From: a virus
IMG/VR virus record: IMGVR_UViG_3300042878_001826
Location: 64,001 to 128,000 of that record
Direction: 5' to 3' (one strand)
Length of the DNA: 64,000 nt
Below the pieces are notes generated by a model that made no database searches, was not told the DNA's origin, and saw only the letters and a list, made by a program, of their open reading frames with translations. Within the stretch, counting starts at the first letter, position 1. Every line of letters begins with the position of its first letter. The position numbers were made by a program, and so were the translations under genes. Shown one piece after another: positions 29,168-39,075 of the stretch.

Positions 29168-30391
29168 TTAGTCCCAAATATCGTCGCAGTATCCGTAGTT
29201 GTCTGCGTAGTCATTTACATTTTTACCTTTGTACTCTCCTAAGTCTCCACCATTTGAGTAGTCTAACTCTGGTAAGAACTCTAACAAATCGTTTCGAGTA
29301 CATTCAGTTTTGTGCTCACCATTTTTGTAGTAAGCAGTAAGGTTCATTCCATCCCACTCTACACTTATATATTCAATGTCAAGAGATTTCAACAAGTCTT
29401 CGATAAGAGATTTCTCATACTCTTTTCGGTCTTTACAAAGGTCTACTTTCACTACTTTTTTAGTAGTGGCATTTATTTCAATGTTAGAAACATAACCGTA
29501 CTTATTGTCGTAGAACCAGATTGGCTCTATTTTATCTACTGGTTTTCCCCAGTTAGAAGTTTTTGATCTACTGTAGTCGTAGTCGTATTCATCATCATCG
29601 TATCCACCTCGACTCCAACCACCGTAAGACCCGTAAGAAGATCCGTAAGATTTGTACTCTGTTGTTTTTGGGTCACGTTCTACCGGTAATGCGTTCCAAT
29701 CTACTTTCAAACAAGCTTCTGCAAGTTTAGTTAAGTGTTCAATATCTTGTTTCTCAGAAAATGTGTGCTCGTTTTGGTAACCTACTGATATGTTTGTACA
29801 CTCAGCATAGATACTTACAAACTGAACAGAGTCAGTTAAGATACCTGTGTCGTCATTTTCGTATTTGAAAGTAGAGTCTACATCGTTTAAAGCTTTTGCT
29901 AAAGCAGAACCGAATGTATCAGAGCAACATCTAGCACCACTTTGGTAAGTAATGATTGAGTTATTACCTCTACGGTCGAAAGATATTACTTTGTTGATAC
30001 CTTCAATCTTATTTTCTTTTTGAACAGTTGCAACTTTTCTAGAACCGATACAACCAACTTCTTCACCTAAGAAGAAGTAATAAAGTCCTGCTATGTTATT
30101 CTCAATCATATTAAGCATGATTGCAACACCAGCTTTATCATCTGCACCTAAGATAGATTTACCATCAGTTTTGATTATATTTCCTTCGAATACGTGAGTA
30201 ACATCCGTAAGTGCAGAAGTGGCAGTATCTAAGTGAGCAGTAAACATAACGTCGCTCTCACCTATTTTGATAAACAAGTTTCCGAACTCGTCAGCTTGAA
30301 GACCTTCACCTAAAAGTGGAAAGATCTCAGACTCAGTCCCGTGTGGGTATGTTCTGCTTGTCAATTCTAAAAACTTATCTTTAATATTCAT
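29168..30391 (-). CDS. M20/M28 family zinc metallopeptidase-like protein
   Basis: AHLDT; LGADDKAG; GEEVG; FDRRG; TD; NISVGY..EH; likely start at 30391. Confidence 0.85.
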   Translation of the reverse strand: MNIKDKFLELTSRTYPHGTESEIFPLLGEGLQADEFGNLFIKIGESDVMFTAHLDTATSALTDVTHVFEGNIIKTDGKSILGADDKAGVAIMLNMIENNIAGLYYFFLGEEVGCIGSRKVATVQKENKIEGINKVISFDRRGNNSIITYQSGARCCSDTFGSALAKALNDVDSTFKYENDDTGILTDSVQFVSIYAECTNISVGYQNEHTFSEKQDIEHLTKLAEACLKVDWNALPVERDPKTTEYKSYGSSYGSYGGWSRGGYDDDEYDYDYSRSKTSNWGKPVDKIEPIWFYDNKYGYVSNIEINATTKKVVKVDLCKDRKEYEKSLIEDLLKSLDIEYISVEWDGMNLTAYYKNGEHKTECTRNDLLEFLPELDYSNGGDLGEYKGKNVNDYADNYGYCDDIWD

Positions 30392-30481
30392 CTTGCTTAT
30401 TTTATTTGTTTTACAAAGATATGGATAAATAAAGTTATTAACAAATATTTTAAATAGATTTTCTTTTTTAATATATACTCT

Positions 30482-32755
30482 ATGCAACAAAATTCTGACC
30501 TTCTAAACGGAACAATACAAATATTCGACAAGTTCGATATTGGTGCGACACAATCTGGTGATTACAATTTCACACCTACATTTCCTTCTATAGGAAGTGA
30601 ATACATATTGACATTCGATAATCTGACGAATGTAATAAAGTTTGAGAAGTTTCAATACGACACGCTTGGAATGACAAGTGAAAGGTTCTTAAATAACTTT
30701 TATAGAATATCAAGAGACAAAACAAACTGGAGTGCATGGCTTCCTTTAAATAGGAATATTGAAAACTTTCCTGTAATCGATCCTAACGATCCACTTTACT
30801 TAGATATTAAATGGGTAAGAGCAGGAAGTTCTACTATAGGAACTATCAGACTTTTAGAATATGCAATCGAAGGCAAACTTAATAGAGTTGTAGTAGATGA
30901 CGGAAGTGTAGTTCAGGTTCCTCCTGGAAAGACTTTGATAATGAAAGCACCTTTTATCTATAAAGTATTCTCTGTAAACGATATTGAAATATTGTCTGGA
31001 TCAGACCTTTCTAATACAATAATAAAATACAGATACTCACAAGATAATGAAAGAACATGGTCTGAGTGGGAATTGTTCACAAAAGAAAACGTAACCACTA
31101 CAAGAATAAATCCTATTAGATTCTTTCAAGTAGAATATTCTATACACAACAACTCTGGCTCTAACATATCGATACAAGATATCAATATAATAGGTGATGT
31201 TCAAAATGTTAGTAAAGACTATTTCAAATCTAACCTTATGGGAATAAGAGAATGTTGTACTTCTAATATGACAGGATATACTGATGCTAATGGAAACTTC
31301 GTGGCTAGTACTGGTGCAAATGTTGGGGCTGGAGGAAATACACTTGGTGGAAGTGGAGTAGGTGGTGGTAGTGCATGTGCAACCGATGGTAATGGAAGTT
31401 CTCTTCCTAAGATGACAAGTGAGGACAAAGCAGGACTTTATAATCCCTATCAACAAAACACTGCTATGGATCTTCTTACTAAACTTAGTACGGACGCACA
31501 GGAAGTATTTGGACACGCGACTATATACTTCTGTACCGATCCTGATAAGAAAGGACAAGATCACACAATGCATGAGTATCAACTATTCAATGTAGTATGT
31601 GAAGGAAACATAAAAGTATCTGTTGATAATAATGCATTCCCGGATAGTCAGATAGTAATGAATCAATTTGATTTGAATCTATTTGAACAAATGGAAGTAC
31701 ATATAACGAAACAAGCATTCAAAGAAATATTTGGACCTCAAAGAAGACCTTCGAAAGAAGACTTTTTATATTTCTGTAATCTTAATAGAATGTATCAGGT
31801 AGATCACGCACAACAATTTAGAAACTTTAACAATGCTGCGGTGTACTACAAACTACATCTGAAAAAATACAGTCAAAAAGCAAACGTCAGGGCAGGTACT
31901 GCAGATATTGCAGATACACTTAAAAATCTTACTAAGAACACAACTCTTGATGAACTTATGGGAATCGAGATGGCTCAAGATAAAGCGGCCATCGCTAACA
32001 AAGACCAATACAAACCATTGACTAAAGATCCAATCAGATTGGAATACTTAGCTGAGATTGATAAAGAACTTATAGAAAATTCTAGTACTATTATATCTAG
32101 AGCAAACTACGACATGTCAAGTGTTGCATATAGAACCCCTGCAGTAAGATACAAAAATCTTGATGCTCAGTTGAAAGTATCTGATAATATAGGATTCTAT
32201 GTTTGGTTTAAACTTCAGAATTATATAAAAGATGAGTTATATAACTTGTTCCATTATTATGATGATACAAACTCTTTCGGTTGGAAAGCAGACATTGTAA
32301 ACGATGATATTGTATTTACTGCAAATGCAACTGAATATAGATACCATCTTAAAGGTAATCCAACAAACGATGTTATTGCATTAGACGAAGATACTTGGTA
32401 TTGCTATGCACTTAATGTGGATCAAAGAAACAGAGAAATGACTCAATGGATCTATAAGAGAGATATTTATGATGAGGATGAAGGAGCACAAGCACCTTCA
32501 ACAATACTACACAATGTTTATAGAGGTTCTCAGACAATCGTTCCATTTGAGTATGTAATCGAAGGAGACTATTGTAGTATCTTAGGTTCTGATATGAGAT
32601 TGACGAATGTTAGATTGTTCATAGAAACTATACCAGAAGGATATCATAATAAGATTCTTAACCAGTATATAATAAGAGACGACTCTAAGCATATGGTTTT
32701 TGCAGATAATGCAACAACAAGAATCTATCTACCGAACTTCCCGTACAACGAATAA
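30482..32755 (+). CDS. virion structural protein with central T4 gp14-like neck domain and C-terminal LamG-like region
   Basis: QEVFGH..IYF; F.EIFG...RPSKEDFLYF..LNRMYQV resembles the gp14 RP..GD.IYFP motif; late box upstream. Confidence 0.6.
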   Translation: MQQNSDLLNGTIQIFDKFDIGATQSGDYNFTPTFPSIGSEYILTFDNLTNVIKFEKFQYDTLGMTSERFLNNFYRISRDKTNWSAWLPLNRNIENFPVIDPNDPLYLDIKWVRAGSSTIGTIRLLEYAIEGKLNRVVVDDGSVVQVPPGKTLIMKAPFIYKVFSVNDIEILSGSDLSNTIIKYRYSQDNERTWSEWELFTKENVTTTRINPIRFFQVEYSIHNNSGSNISIQDINIIGDVQNVSKDYFKSNLMGIRECCTSNMTGYTDANGNFVASTGANVGAGGNTLGGSGVGGGSACATDGNGSSLPKMTSEDKAGLYNPYQQNTAMDLLTKLSTDAQEVFGHATIYFCTDPDKKGQDHTMHEYQLFNVVCEGNIKVSVDNNAFPDSQIVMNQFDLNLFEQMEVHITKQAFKEIFGPQRRPSKEDFLYFCNLNRMYQVDHAQQFRNFNNAAVYYKLHLKKYSQKANVRAGTADIADTLKNLTKNTTLDELMGIEMAQDKAAIANKDQYKPLTKDPIRLEYLAEIDKELIENSSTIISRANYDMSSVAYRTPAVRYKNLDAQLKVSDNIGFYVWFKLQNYIKDELYNLFHYYDDTNSFGWKADIVNDDIVFTANATEYRYHLKGNPTNDVIALDEDTWYCYALNVDQRNREMTQWIYKRDIYDEDEGAQAPSTILHNVYRGSQTIVPFEYVIEGDYCSILGSDMRLTNVRLFIETIPEGYHNKILNQYIIRDDSKHMVFADNATTRIYLPNFPYNE

Positions 32756-33459
32756 TTTAGAGCTAGAAAATCATCAACTTCGTTTTTGTCGTGTGGTTCA
32801 AACTCTTCTAACTTTCTTTTTGCATACTGATCTGCTTGGCCCCTGTTTATCTTTTTTATAAACTCTGGTCTGGTTTTACAGAAGTAATGGTTTATCTGTG
32901 CAATATCTATATCACCTTTAAAGTTGACTGGTCCAAAAACCTCATTAAGATTAGTGTCGTTCAACATTACATTTGGATAATGTGGATTTACCATCTTTAC
33001 ACCAAATCGTTTCAACTTCAAAATCGTTTTTATATGTTTGTTTTTATCAATCTGTCTCTTTGTGAATCTTTCTAATAGACTGGTGTTTTCTGAAATCTCC
33101 TTATGTCCGTTGCTACCAAACATTACCCAGTTGATTGCGATTCCGTTTTCAACGTTATCATACTCATTTAAAAAATCTTTTATATTATCGTGTTTCTTTA
33201 AAACAATGAATTCATCCACGTCTATGAACGCGGCCCAATCGTAGTCGTATCTGAATCTTTCTATGAATGTGTTGTATGCAGGTATTTGTTTTCTATCACC
33301 ATCAAACTCTATGTTGGTGACTATATCGTCTTTGACTTTACAACGCCAATTATTTTCAAAGACAAATATGTTGTCAAATCCTAATTTCTTATGGTATTCA
33401 ATCCATTCTTTGATGTATTCGTCTTCGTCTTTTGCTATACAAACTAATGCGACTTTCAT
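32725..33459 (-). CDS. glycosyltransferase family 2/92-like protein
   Basis: CIAKDE..YI.EW..YH...GFD; FIDVDEF; NWVMFGS; INHY. Confidence 0.85.
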   Translation of the reverse strand: MKVALVCIAKDEDEYIKEWIEYHKKLGFDNIFVFENNWRCKVKDDIVTNIEFDGDRKQIPAYNTFIERFRYDYDWAAFIDVDEFIVLKKHDNIKDFLNEYDNVENGIAINWVMFGSNGHKEISENTSLLERFTKRQIDKNKHIKTILKLKRFGVKMVNPHYPNVMLNDTNLNEVFGPVNFKGDIDIAQINHYFCKTRPEFIKKINRGQADQYAKRKLEEFEPHDKNEVDDFLALNYSLYGKFGR

Positions 33460-33461
33460 TG

Positions 33462-33632
33462 TTAGCCGGCATTGTTTTTTTGATTTCTTATTCTCCAGTT
33501 TTCTAAATCTCTTTCCATAAACTTTCTGATTCTTTTAGAAATGTTTATTGAGTTTTCGTCACAGAACTTTCTGTATTCTTCCAGAAGTTTGTCTGGTAAT
33601 CTTAGTGAAAACATCTTGTCTTTCGCGGCCAT
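33462..33632 (-). CDS. small ribbon-helix-helix-like DNA-binding protein (56 aa, not in ORF track)
   Basis: MAAKDKMFSLRLPDKLLEEYRKFCDENSINISKRIRKFMERDL, translated by hand. Confidence 0.65.
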   Translation of the reverse strand: MAAKDKMFSLRLPDKLLEEYRKFCDENSINISKRIRKFMERDLENWRIRNQKNNAG

Positions 33633-33679
33633 AAAATGTATATGCTATTTTTACTTATATATACAAATATATGCTGGTC

Positions 33680-34021
33680 CTATATTGTTTTTTCTACGTA
33701 AGTTACTATTTCACCGGTACTGAATCCTTTTTCGATTAGAAGTGTTAGAGAAGCATCTTTGCACCAAGCGTAGACTGTATATCCTTTGTAGTTTTCGTTG
33801 ACGTATTCCCATCTGGTTTCCCAAAGTTTTCTGTAGATTCCTTTTCTCCTGTGATCTTCGTCAACCCAAGCATCCAGGAATTTTATTCGTTTGTTGTTTT
33901 CTAAGGTCATAAAGATATGTCCTATTGCCTCTCCTCCATCTCCTTCGTACGCCATCCACATTTCGAGGTTCTGTGCATTCGTCTTAAGCCTAATTATTTT
34001 AAGGCCTGTATTCTCTCCCAT
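33680..34021 (-). CDS. GNAT family acetyltransferase
   Basis: WVDEDHRRKGIY motif A; KGF. Confidence 0.8.
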   Translation of the reverse strand: MGENTGLKIIRLKTNAQNLEMWMAYEGDGGEAIGHIFMTLENNKRIKFLDAWVDEDHRRKGIYRKLWETRWEYVNENYKGYTVYAWCKDASLTLLIEKGFSTGEIVTYVEKTI

Positions 34022-34113
34022 CTATTCTACAGATTATTTTCCTATAATCTATATATTAATATAAAACAAAAAAAAGCAGCCAAACGACTGCTTTTGTTGA
34101 TTTATTTGGATTA

Positions 34114-34197
34114 TTATATTGCTAAGAATACCATTGTTGCTACTAAGACAACACCAATAACTGTGGAGTAGATGTCATTTTTATCAAAATACATCAT
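34114..34197 (-). CDS. putative 27-aa single-TM peptide (not in ORF track)
   Basis: MMYFDKNDIYSTVIGVVLVATMVFLAI; followed by a terminator hairpin at 34069-34095. Confidence 0.45.
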   Translation of the reverse strand: MMYFDKNDIYSTVIGVVLVATMVFLAI

Positions 34198-34198
34198 A

Positions 34199-34354
34199 TT
34201 ATTTTCCGTTTATAGTTTGACAAAATAGAACTGGTGTTACTTCTTTTGATTTCATCTCTAAGTATTCATCCATTGAGAATCCTTCTGGTAAGTTTTCTAA
34301 ATCGTATCCGTATTCGTTTTGTAAATCGATAACTAAGTCTTTGATGCGTCCCAT
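34199..34354 (-). CDS. small early hypothetical protein (51 aa, not in ORF track)
   Basis: MGRIKDLVIDLQNEYGYDLENLP...; TATATTTG box at 34380-34387. Confidence 0.6.
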   Translation of the reverse strand: MGRIKDLVIDLQNEYGYDLENLPEGFSMDEYLEMKSKEVTPVLFCQTINGK

Positions 34355-34398
34355 AATATATTGTTTTAAGTTTGTTTTACAAATATAAGGACAATATT

Positions 34399-35055
34399 CT
34401 ATTTGTACAACTTTAAACCAGCATCAATTGAAGAAGAAACGTCCATTTCGCAATATTCTTTTATTTCTTCTAGTCTACCAGTATGATAGTATTCGTGTAC
34501 TAATGATCCATCCATTTTAGTTTTAGGACTTGCAACTCCCAACTCATAACACATTTCGTCAAACGAGAAAGCATAAGCAAACTTTTGTTTCCAATCATCA
34601 GCCATATCTACGACTCTCATTTCCCACGGTTTCTTTTCGTAAGGACGAATCATATCAGCAGGTGTGATTTCGTATTTGTGTAGTTTGTGAAGTATCCAGG
34701 GAATGTCAAAGTAGTTTATTCTGAATCCTGATAGATTAAAACTTTTTTGTCCAATCTTTTTTAGTAAGTCGTTAAAACTTTCAACGATATATCTTTCATC
34801 AGTACCATGAAAGCTTCTAATCTGTTTCTGACCGTTACCATCTACGTATCCAAAAGATATACAACAGATTCTACCATAGGTAGACATTATTCCGGATTGG
34901 TCTAAGTAAGAATCTTCAAGTGTAAACTTTTGATCCCAACCCATTCTTTTCCATTTACCTTCAAAAAGGTTTGCACCACGTTCGTCGTGTGCTTTAAAAT
35001 CAGCGAAGCTTTTGTACTCGCCAGTTGTTTCGATATCAAACATAAATAATTCCAT
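34399..35055 (-). CDS. DEDD 3'-5' exonuclease (PolB-exo-like, stand-alone)
   Basis: FDIET; G..I.YFDIP; YCEMDV. Confidence 0.85.
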   Translation of the reverse strand: MELFMFDIETTGEYKSFADFKAHDERGANLFEGKWKRMGWDQKFTLEDSYLDQSGIMSTYGRICCISFGYVDGNGQKQIRSFHGTDERYIVESFNDLLKKIGQKSFNLSGFRINYFDIPWILHKLHKYEITPADMIRPYEKKPWEMRVVDMADDWKQKFAYAFSFDEMCYELGVASPKTKMDGSLVHEYYHTGRLEEIKEYCEMDVSSSIDAGLKLYK

Positions 35056-35095
35056 ATGTATTATATGAAAAAAGAGAGCAAATGCTCTCTTTTTA

Positions 35096-35938
35096 TTATG
35101 CTTTTATCATAAGTACTTCTGTTGCAGCTTTGGCTTCAAACCCATCATCTGTTTTCTTTCTTCGACCCGCCGTATATGTTATAGGGAATGTCGTGATAGT
35201 ATAGTTCTCAGATCTTTCATTAATCCATTGAGTACCATCGTCTCTGTTACAAATGAAAACCAACCCTTCCACATTTCTACTAAGGTCAAGTAGTTCTTCA
35301 AACTCTTTGTCTCCCCAACCAGTTCCGTACTTAGTGAAACTATCTCTGTATGGTGGATCGAAGAAAGTGAACTCACTATAAGGACAGTTTTTCCAATCAC
35401 CACAAAGAATCTCTGTGTTTTGTAATAACTTATTCCATTCAAGAATGTTATCGTAATCAAAACAAGTTTCTTTTTGAGTAAGAAGTCCAGAAGGAGTTCC
35501 GAATCTGTTATTAGTGTTTTGATTTATCTGCCAGATTCCGTTGAATCCTGTCTTCATTAAAAAGTAAAGTGCTGCAGACTCTTCTAGTTTAGACCACTTT
35601 TGGAAGTCATAAGCATGTTCTAATCTTATTTCATAGTAAAGTTTCTTTCTGTCTTCTTTAGTCAAAGGAATAAATCTTTTGTCATAACCTTTAAGAATCT
35701 CTATGAAACCCAATGGATCGCTTTTAACTGATTTGTAAATCTCGATGATACCTTCATTGGCATCGTTTATGTAGCATTTTTCGGGTGCGAAGTTTTGCTG
35801 AACATAAATATACATTGCTCCACCACCAAAGAACGGCTCTGAGTAAGTGCTTACTTTTTCTGGCATGTGTGCAAGATAATTCTTAATCATCTTGTTCTTA
35901 CCGCCGGCCCACATAAATAATGGTTTTACTACTTTCAT
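35096..35938 (-). CDS. DNA adenine methyltransferase, Dam/D12 family
   Basis: WAGGK; EPFFGGG; IND; GFNG; DPPY. Confidence 0.92.
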   Translation of the reverse strand: MKVVKPLFMWAGGKNKMIKNYLAHMPEKVSTYSEPFFGGGAMYIYVQQNFAPEKCYINDANEGIIEIYKSVKSDPLGFIEILKGYDKRFIPLTKEDRKKLYYEIRLEHAYDFQKWSKLEESAALYFLMKTGFNGIWQINQNTNNRFGTPSGLLTQKETCFDYDNILEWNKLLQNTEILCGDWKNCPYSEFTFFDPPYRDSFTKYGTGWGDKEFEELLDLSRNVEGLVFICNRDDGTQWINERSENYTITTFPITYTAGRRKKTDDGFEAKAATEVLMIKA

Positions 35939-36031
35939 ATATTGTTATATTTTTATATCTATTTTATATATAAAAAACAGAAAAGTCCTCTATTTGAGGA
36001 CTTTTATTATTAGTGGTTGGTTATTATTATT

Positions 36032-36628
36032 TTAAAATATAAGAGTTGATACATTTTTATAGTGTTTGAGTTGTATTTTTTCCTCGATAGTATTGTTATT
36101 TCTTAGTATATTATCTTTTTGATGTTCTTCTTTAGTTACACCAATAGTAATCCATAACCATAGATTTTCATATAACCAAACTTCTTTCATATATTCAATT
36201 AAGCTTATTGTGGATTCATTATCTAAATATCCTTTTTCGTTGACAATAGTTAATAAATCTTTACCTAATAAAGAAATAGAAGCTTTTTCAAACTCATTAT
36301 GTACATATCTACCAATTCCTACGGCACCTATAAGGTGGTCCCATGTAATATCTTTTGACAAAAGATTTTTTGCAGCACTTGTTCTTATACCAGATTTTAT
36401 ACCAGTAGTACCAGTTCCTATACCATCGTATCCAAAATTTCCTTTGAGCCAAGTATTTGAAACATTGTTATCTGTTTGTCTTATCTGTAATAAAAGATGT
36501 TCTAAAGCCCAACCAAATAGTGTTTTACATTTTTCTTTATTGGTGAATCCAATAAACTCTTTTGTTTGAGACTTTTTCTCCCAAAACAAATCTCTTTTAT
36601 TATTATTAAAACAAGTTATAATATCCAT
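36032..36628 (-). CDS. hypothetical protein within the R-M-like cassette
   Basis: ORF track; TWDH and VTKEEH could be a degenerate His-Me nuclease. Confidence 0.6.
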   Translation of the reverse strand: MDIITCFNNNKRDLFWEKKSQTKEFIGFTNKEKCKTLFGWALEHLLLQIRQTDNNVSNTWLKGNFGYDGIGTGTTGIKSGIRTSAAKNLLSKDITWDHLIGAVGIGRYVHNEFEKASISLLGKDLLTIVNEKGYLDNESTISLIEYMKEVWLYENLWLWITIGVTKEEHQKDNILRNNNTIEEKIQLKHYKNVSTLIF

Positions 36629-36629
36629 T

Positions 36630-37196
36630 TTATTTTACTTTTTCAATCGCCATTAAGATGATTTGTTTCAATGTAGATTTTACATAGTCAAAGTCAAAGT
36701 CAGTTTCAGATAAGAAGATAGAAAAGTTATCCATTCCGTAACCTTCGTTTGCTTTTTCTCTGATTGTGTTGTACTCACCTTCAACTGCGATGTGTAATGT
36801 GTTCCAGATTGGTCCGTTTACTGCAGTTCCTTTACCCGTACCAAAAGTTACATAAAGAATATCTTTGTTACAAGCTCTTGCGATGAATGGGTTTTTATAC
36901 CATCTTTCGATTGCGTTTCCACGCTCACCTTGTTTTTTAGCTTCTGATGCAAAGATTGGTAGGCCGTTGAAAAGCCAAATACCACCATCTGGTGCACAAG
37001 CACCAACACCACCACAGATTTGATCTTTTCTTAATTTTGCTTGGTATGTTAAACCTGGAATAGTTGCTTTCAATTCTTCGAACAACTCTTTGTTTGCAGT
37101 CTTAACTTGTTTGTCGATAAGTTTAGACTCTACAGAGCTTGCTACTGTACCTGGTTGTATTCCGCCTTTTTTCTTTGCTGTTGCTATTTCTGTCAT
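36630..37196 (-). CDS. EcoRI-like type II restriction endonuclease (PD-(D/E)xK)
   Basis: PDGG, EAKKQG and GNAIERWYKN match EcoRI PDGG, EAKHQG and GNAIERSHKN. Confidence 0.75.
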   Translation of the reverse strand: MTEIATAKKKGGIQPGTVASSVESKLIDKQVKTANKELFEELKATIPGLTYQAKLRKDQICGGVGACAPDGGIWLFNGLPIFASEAKKQGERGNAIERWYKNPFIARACNKDILYVTFGTGKGTAVNGPIWNTLHIAVEGEYNTIREKANEGYGMDNFSIFLSETDFDFDYVKSTLKQIILMAIEKVK

Positions 37197-37265
37197 AGTT
37201 GTCGTCGTTTGTTTTACAAATATAAGAATTATTTATTGATAAAACTATTTTTTTATAAATTATTA

Positions 37266-37970
37266 TTATTTATTTTTTATCAATTTACATTTACCATATC
37301 GTGGATTCTTACTTAGCATTTCTGCAAATAGTTCAAACTCTAATTCGATTGTAGGTATATTTATGAATAGTTCTGTATCTACCTTTATCTCATTTTTCTT
37401 ACATAGTCTAAAATCTTCAAAAAACTTATGTAATACTCTTTCGATTATAGAATAGTCTTCACATTCTATTCTCATAATCTCTTCTAAATTAAAAACACCA
37501 TATCTATGATCTTTTGATAGTTCTGATAGTCGCTGAGTGATGTTTTTAGTTTTTCCGACTTTATAAGTATCGTTGAAAGATTTACTTTTTAAAAGATATA
37601 CAATACCAAAAGTATCGACATTTTCTTCTATATCAATATTTTCTATAACAACGTCAATATTTTCTTCTTCTTCTTTGTTACTCTCTAAGTAGAATTTCTT
37701 ACCAAGTTCCGTTATATTATGTTTATTTAACGAACCTTTTTCTTTTGAGGTTTCAACAAGTGTTGGTATTGATATAATTCCTCTACCCATCTCTGCGTAG
37801 ATTTGTTGTCTTAATTCTTTTTCTGTTTTTTCACTACCTTTTGATATATAATAAACTCTCTTTTCATCAACCTTTTCAGTACATTCATCGTAGAATTTAT
37901 CTACTATTTCACTTGTTGATAATGTTCCGTTTAAAAATAACGATTTTATTATAAAGTCTTTTTTAGTCAT
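37266..37970 (-). CDS. T5orf172/MUG113 GIY-YIG nuclease domain protein
   Basis: GIVYLL; YKVGKT..I.QRL; IERVLH; ELF. Confidence 0.8.
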   Translation of the reverse strand: MTKKDFIIKSLFLNGTLSTSEIVDKFYDECTEKVDEKRVYYISKGSEKTEKELRQQIYAEMGRGIISIPTLVETSKEKGSLNKHNITELGKKFYLESNKEEEENIDVVIENIDIEENVDTFGIVYLLKSKSFNDTYKVGKTKNITQRLSELSKDHRYGVFNLEEIMRIECEDYSIIERVLHKFFEDFRLCKKNEIKVDTELFINIPTIELEFELFAEMLSKNPRYGKCKLIKNK

Positions 37971-37997
37971 AATATATTTTTTTTATAAATATACTGA

Positions 37998-38504
37998 TTA
38001 TTTCAATATACTATTTATTTTGTCCTCTCTAATATCAATAAAATGTTTATTGAACTCAGTCACAGTTGAGTAAACTCTTCCTCCTTTATCATCAAATATG
38101 ATGGCATCATCTTTACCAAAGAAAGAATCATATATGATTACATAGTTGTATTGTATCGTCTCGTAGAAGTCATATCCACCCTTTGCTCTAGGTTCTTCAT
38201 TCTTAAATCTCTTTATACAAACACATATTCTGGCATCATATGTTTTTCCACCAGTTGTGTATTTCTCAATCTTTAACTTTCTTTTCTTTAATATTTGTAT
38301 CTTATTAAAGTCAATCAGTCGATGATGTATTATCTTTCTTTCTTTTTGAAACTGCTTTACAAAAGACTCGGTATCTAATCCTTTTGATTTTGAAAAATTC
38401 TCTGGTGAGAACTTGAAGACTTCTTGTAATAGATTATGGTTACCCTTACGTATCTCTACGGTCTTGAGCATCTCAATCCATTTGTTATAGTCTTCTAATG
38501 TCAT
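37998..38504 (-). CDS. hypothetical protein with C-terminal REDKINSIL motif
   Basis: ORF track; motif. Confidence 0.65.
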   Translation of the reverse strand: MTLEDYNKWIEMLKTVEIRKGNHNLLQEVFKFSPENFSKSKGLDTESFVKQFQKERKIIHHRLIDFNKIQILKKRKLKIEKYTTGGKTYDARICVCIKRFKNEEPRAKGGYDFYETIQYNYVIIYDSFFGKDDAIIFDDKGGRVYSTVTEFNKHFIDIREDKINSILK

Positions 38505-38536
38505 ATCTTTTATATATGAAAAAAGTTCTTATGTTA

Positions 38537-39058
38537 TCATAAGAACTTTAAAATCTGCTCTTTTATGCCAGATTGTTTGATTCCTTCTTTCATTCTCTTA
38601 GTGTGAACGAAACATTGTAAAGCACTAAGATCCAAATCGTCAATGGCTACCCATTTCTCTACGTCTGGATGACTCGAAAGCCATTCCGATATTTCGGCTA
38701 CTCTCGTGCTTTCAAGTTCGTCCATAGACTTTAAAACGTGATTAGGTGTACTCCCAATCGGTGCTTTTAAAACTCCGTACTTGATAAACATATCCTGTAA
38801 CTGCTCTAGTGTACAATGCAACTTCCAATCAGAAGATACTACAATCTCAGCATCAGTTATTGTCAATATGTCGTTTAAGACTTTAACTGCCTTTGAGTTA
38901 AAGTTGTCCATTTTTATATGTGCCGGTATCTTTGGATCGTTTACGTATCCAGGATCTCCAGGATTAGAAAGCTTCCATTTCTTAATCTTTTTGTCGCGAC
39001 CGCCCCACTCTGTAGATAAGCACATTACTCCATCGTTATCCAAAAATATTACTTTCAT
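38537..39058 (-). CDS. HAD-family phosphatase (Swiss-army-knife RNA-repair-like HAD)
   Basis: IFLDNDGV; IVVSSDW; R..EI..WL; WVAIDD. Confidence 0.8.
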   Translation of the reverse strand: MKVIFLDNDGVMCLSTEWGGRDKKIKKWKLSNPGDPGYVNDPKIPAHIKMDNFNSKAVKVLNDILTITDAEIVVSSDWKLHCTLEQLQDMFIKYGVLKAPIGSTPNHVLKSMDELESTRVAEISEWLSSHPDVEKWVAIDDLDLSALQCFVHTKRMKEGIKQSGIKEQILKFL

Positions 39059-39075
39059 AGTGTAAATATAATAAA

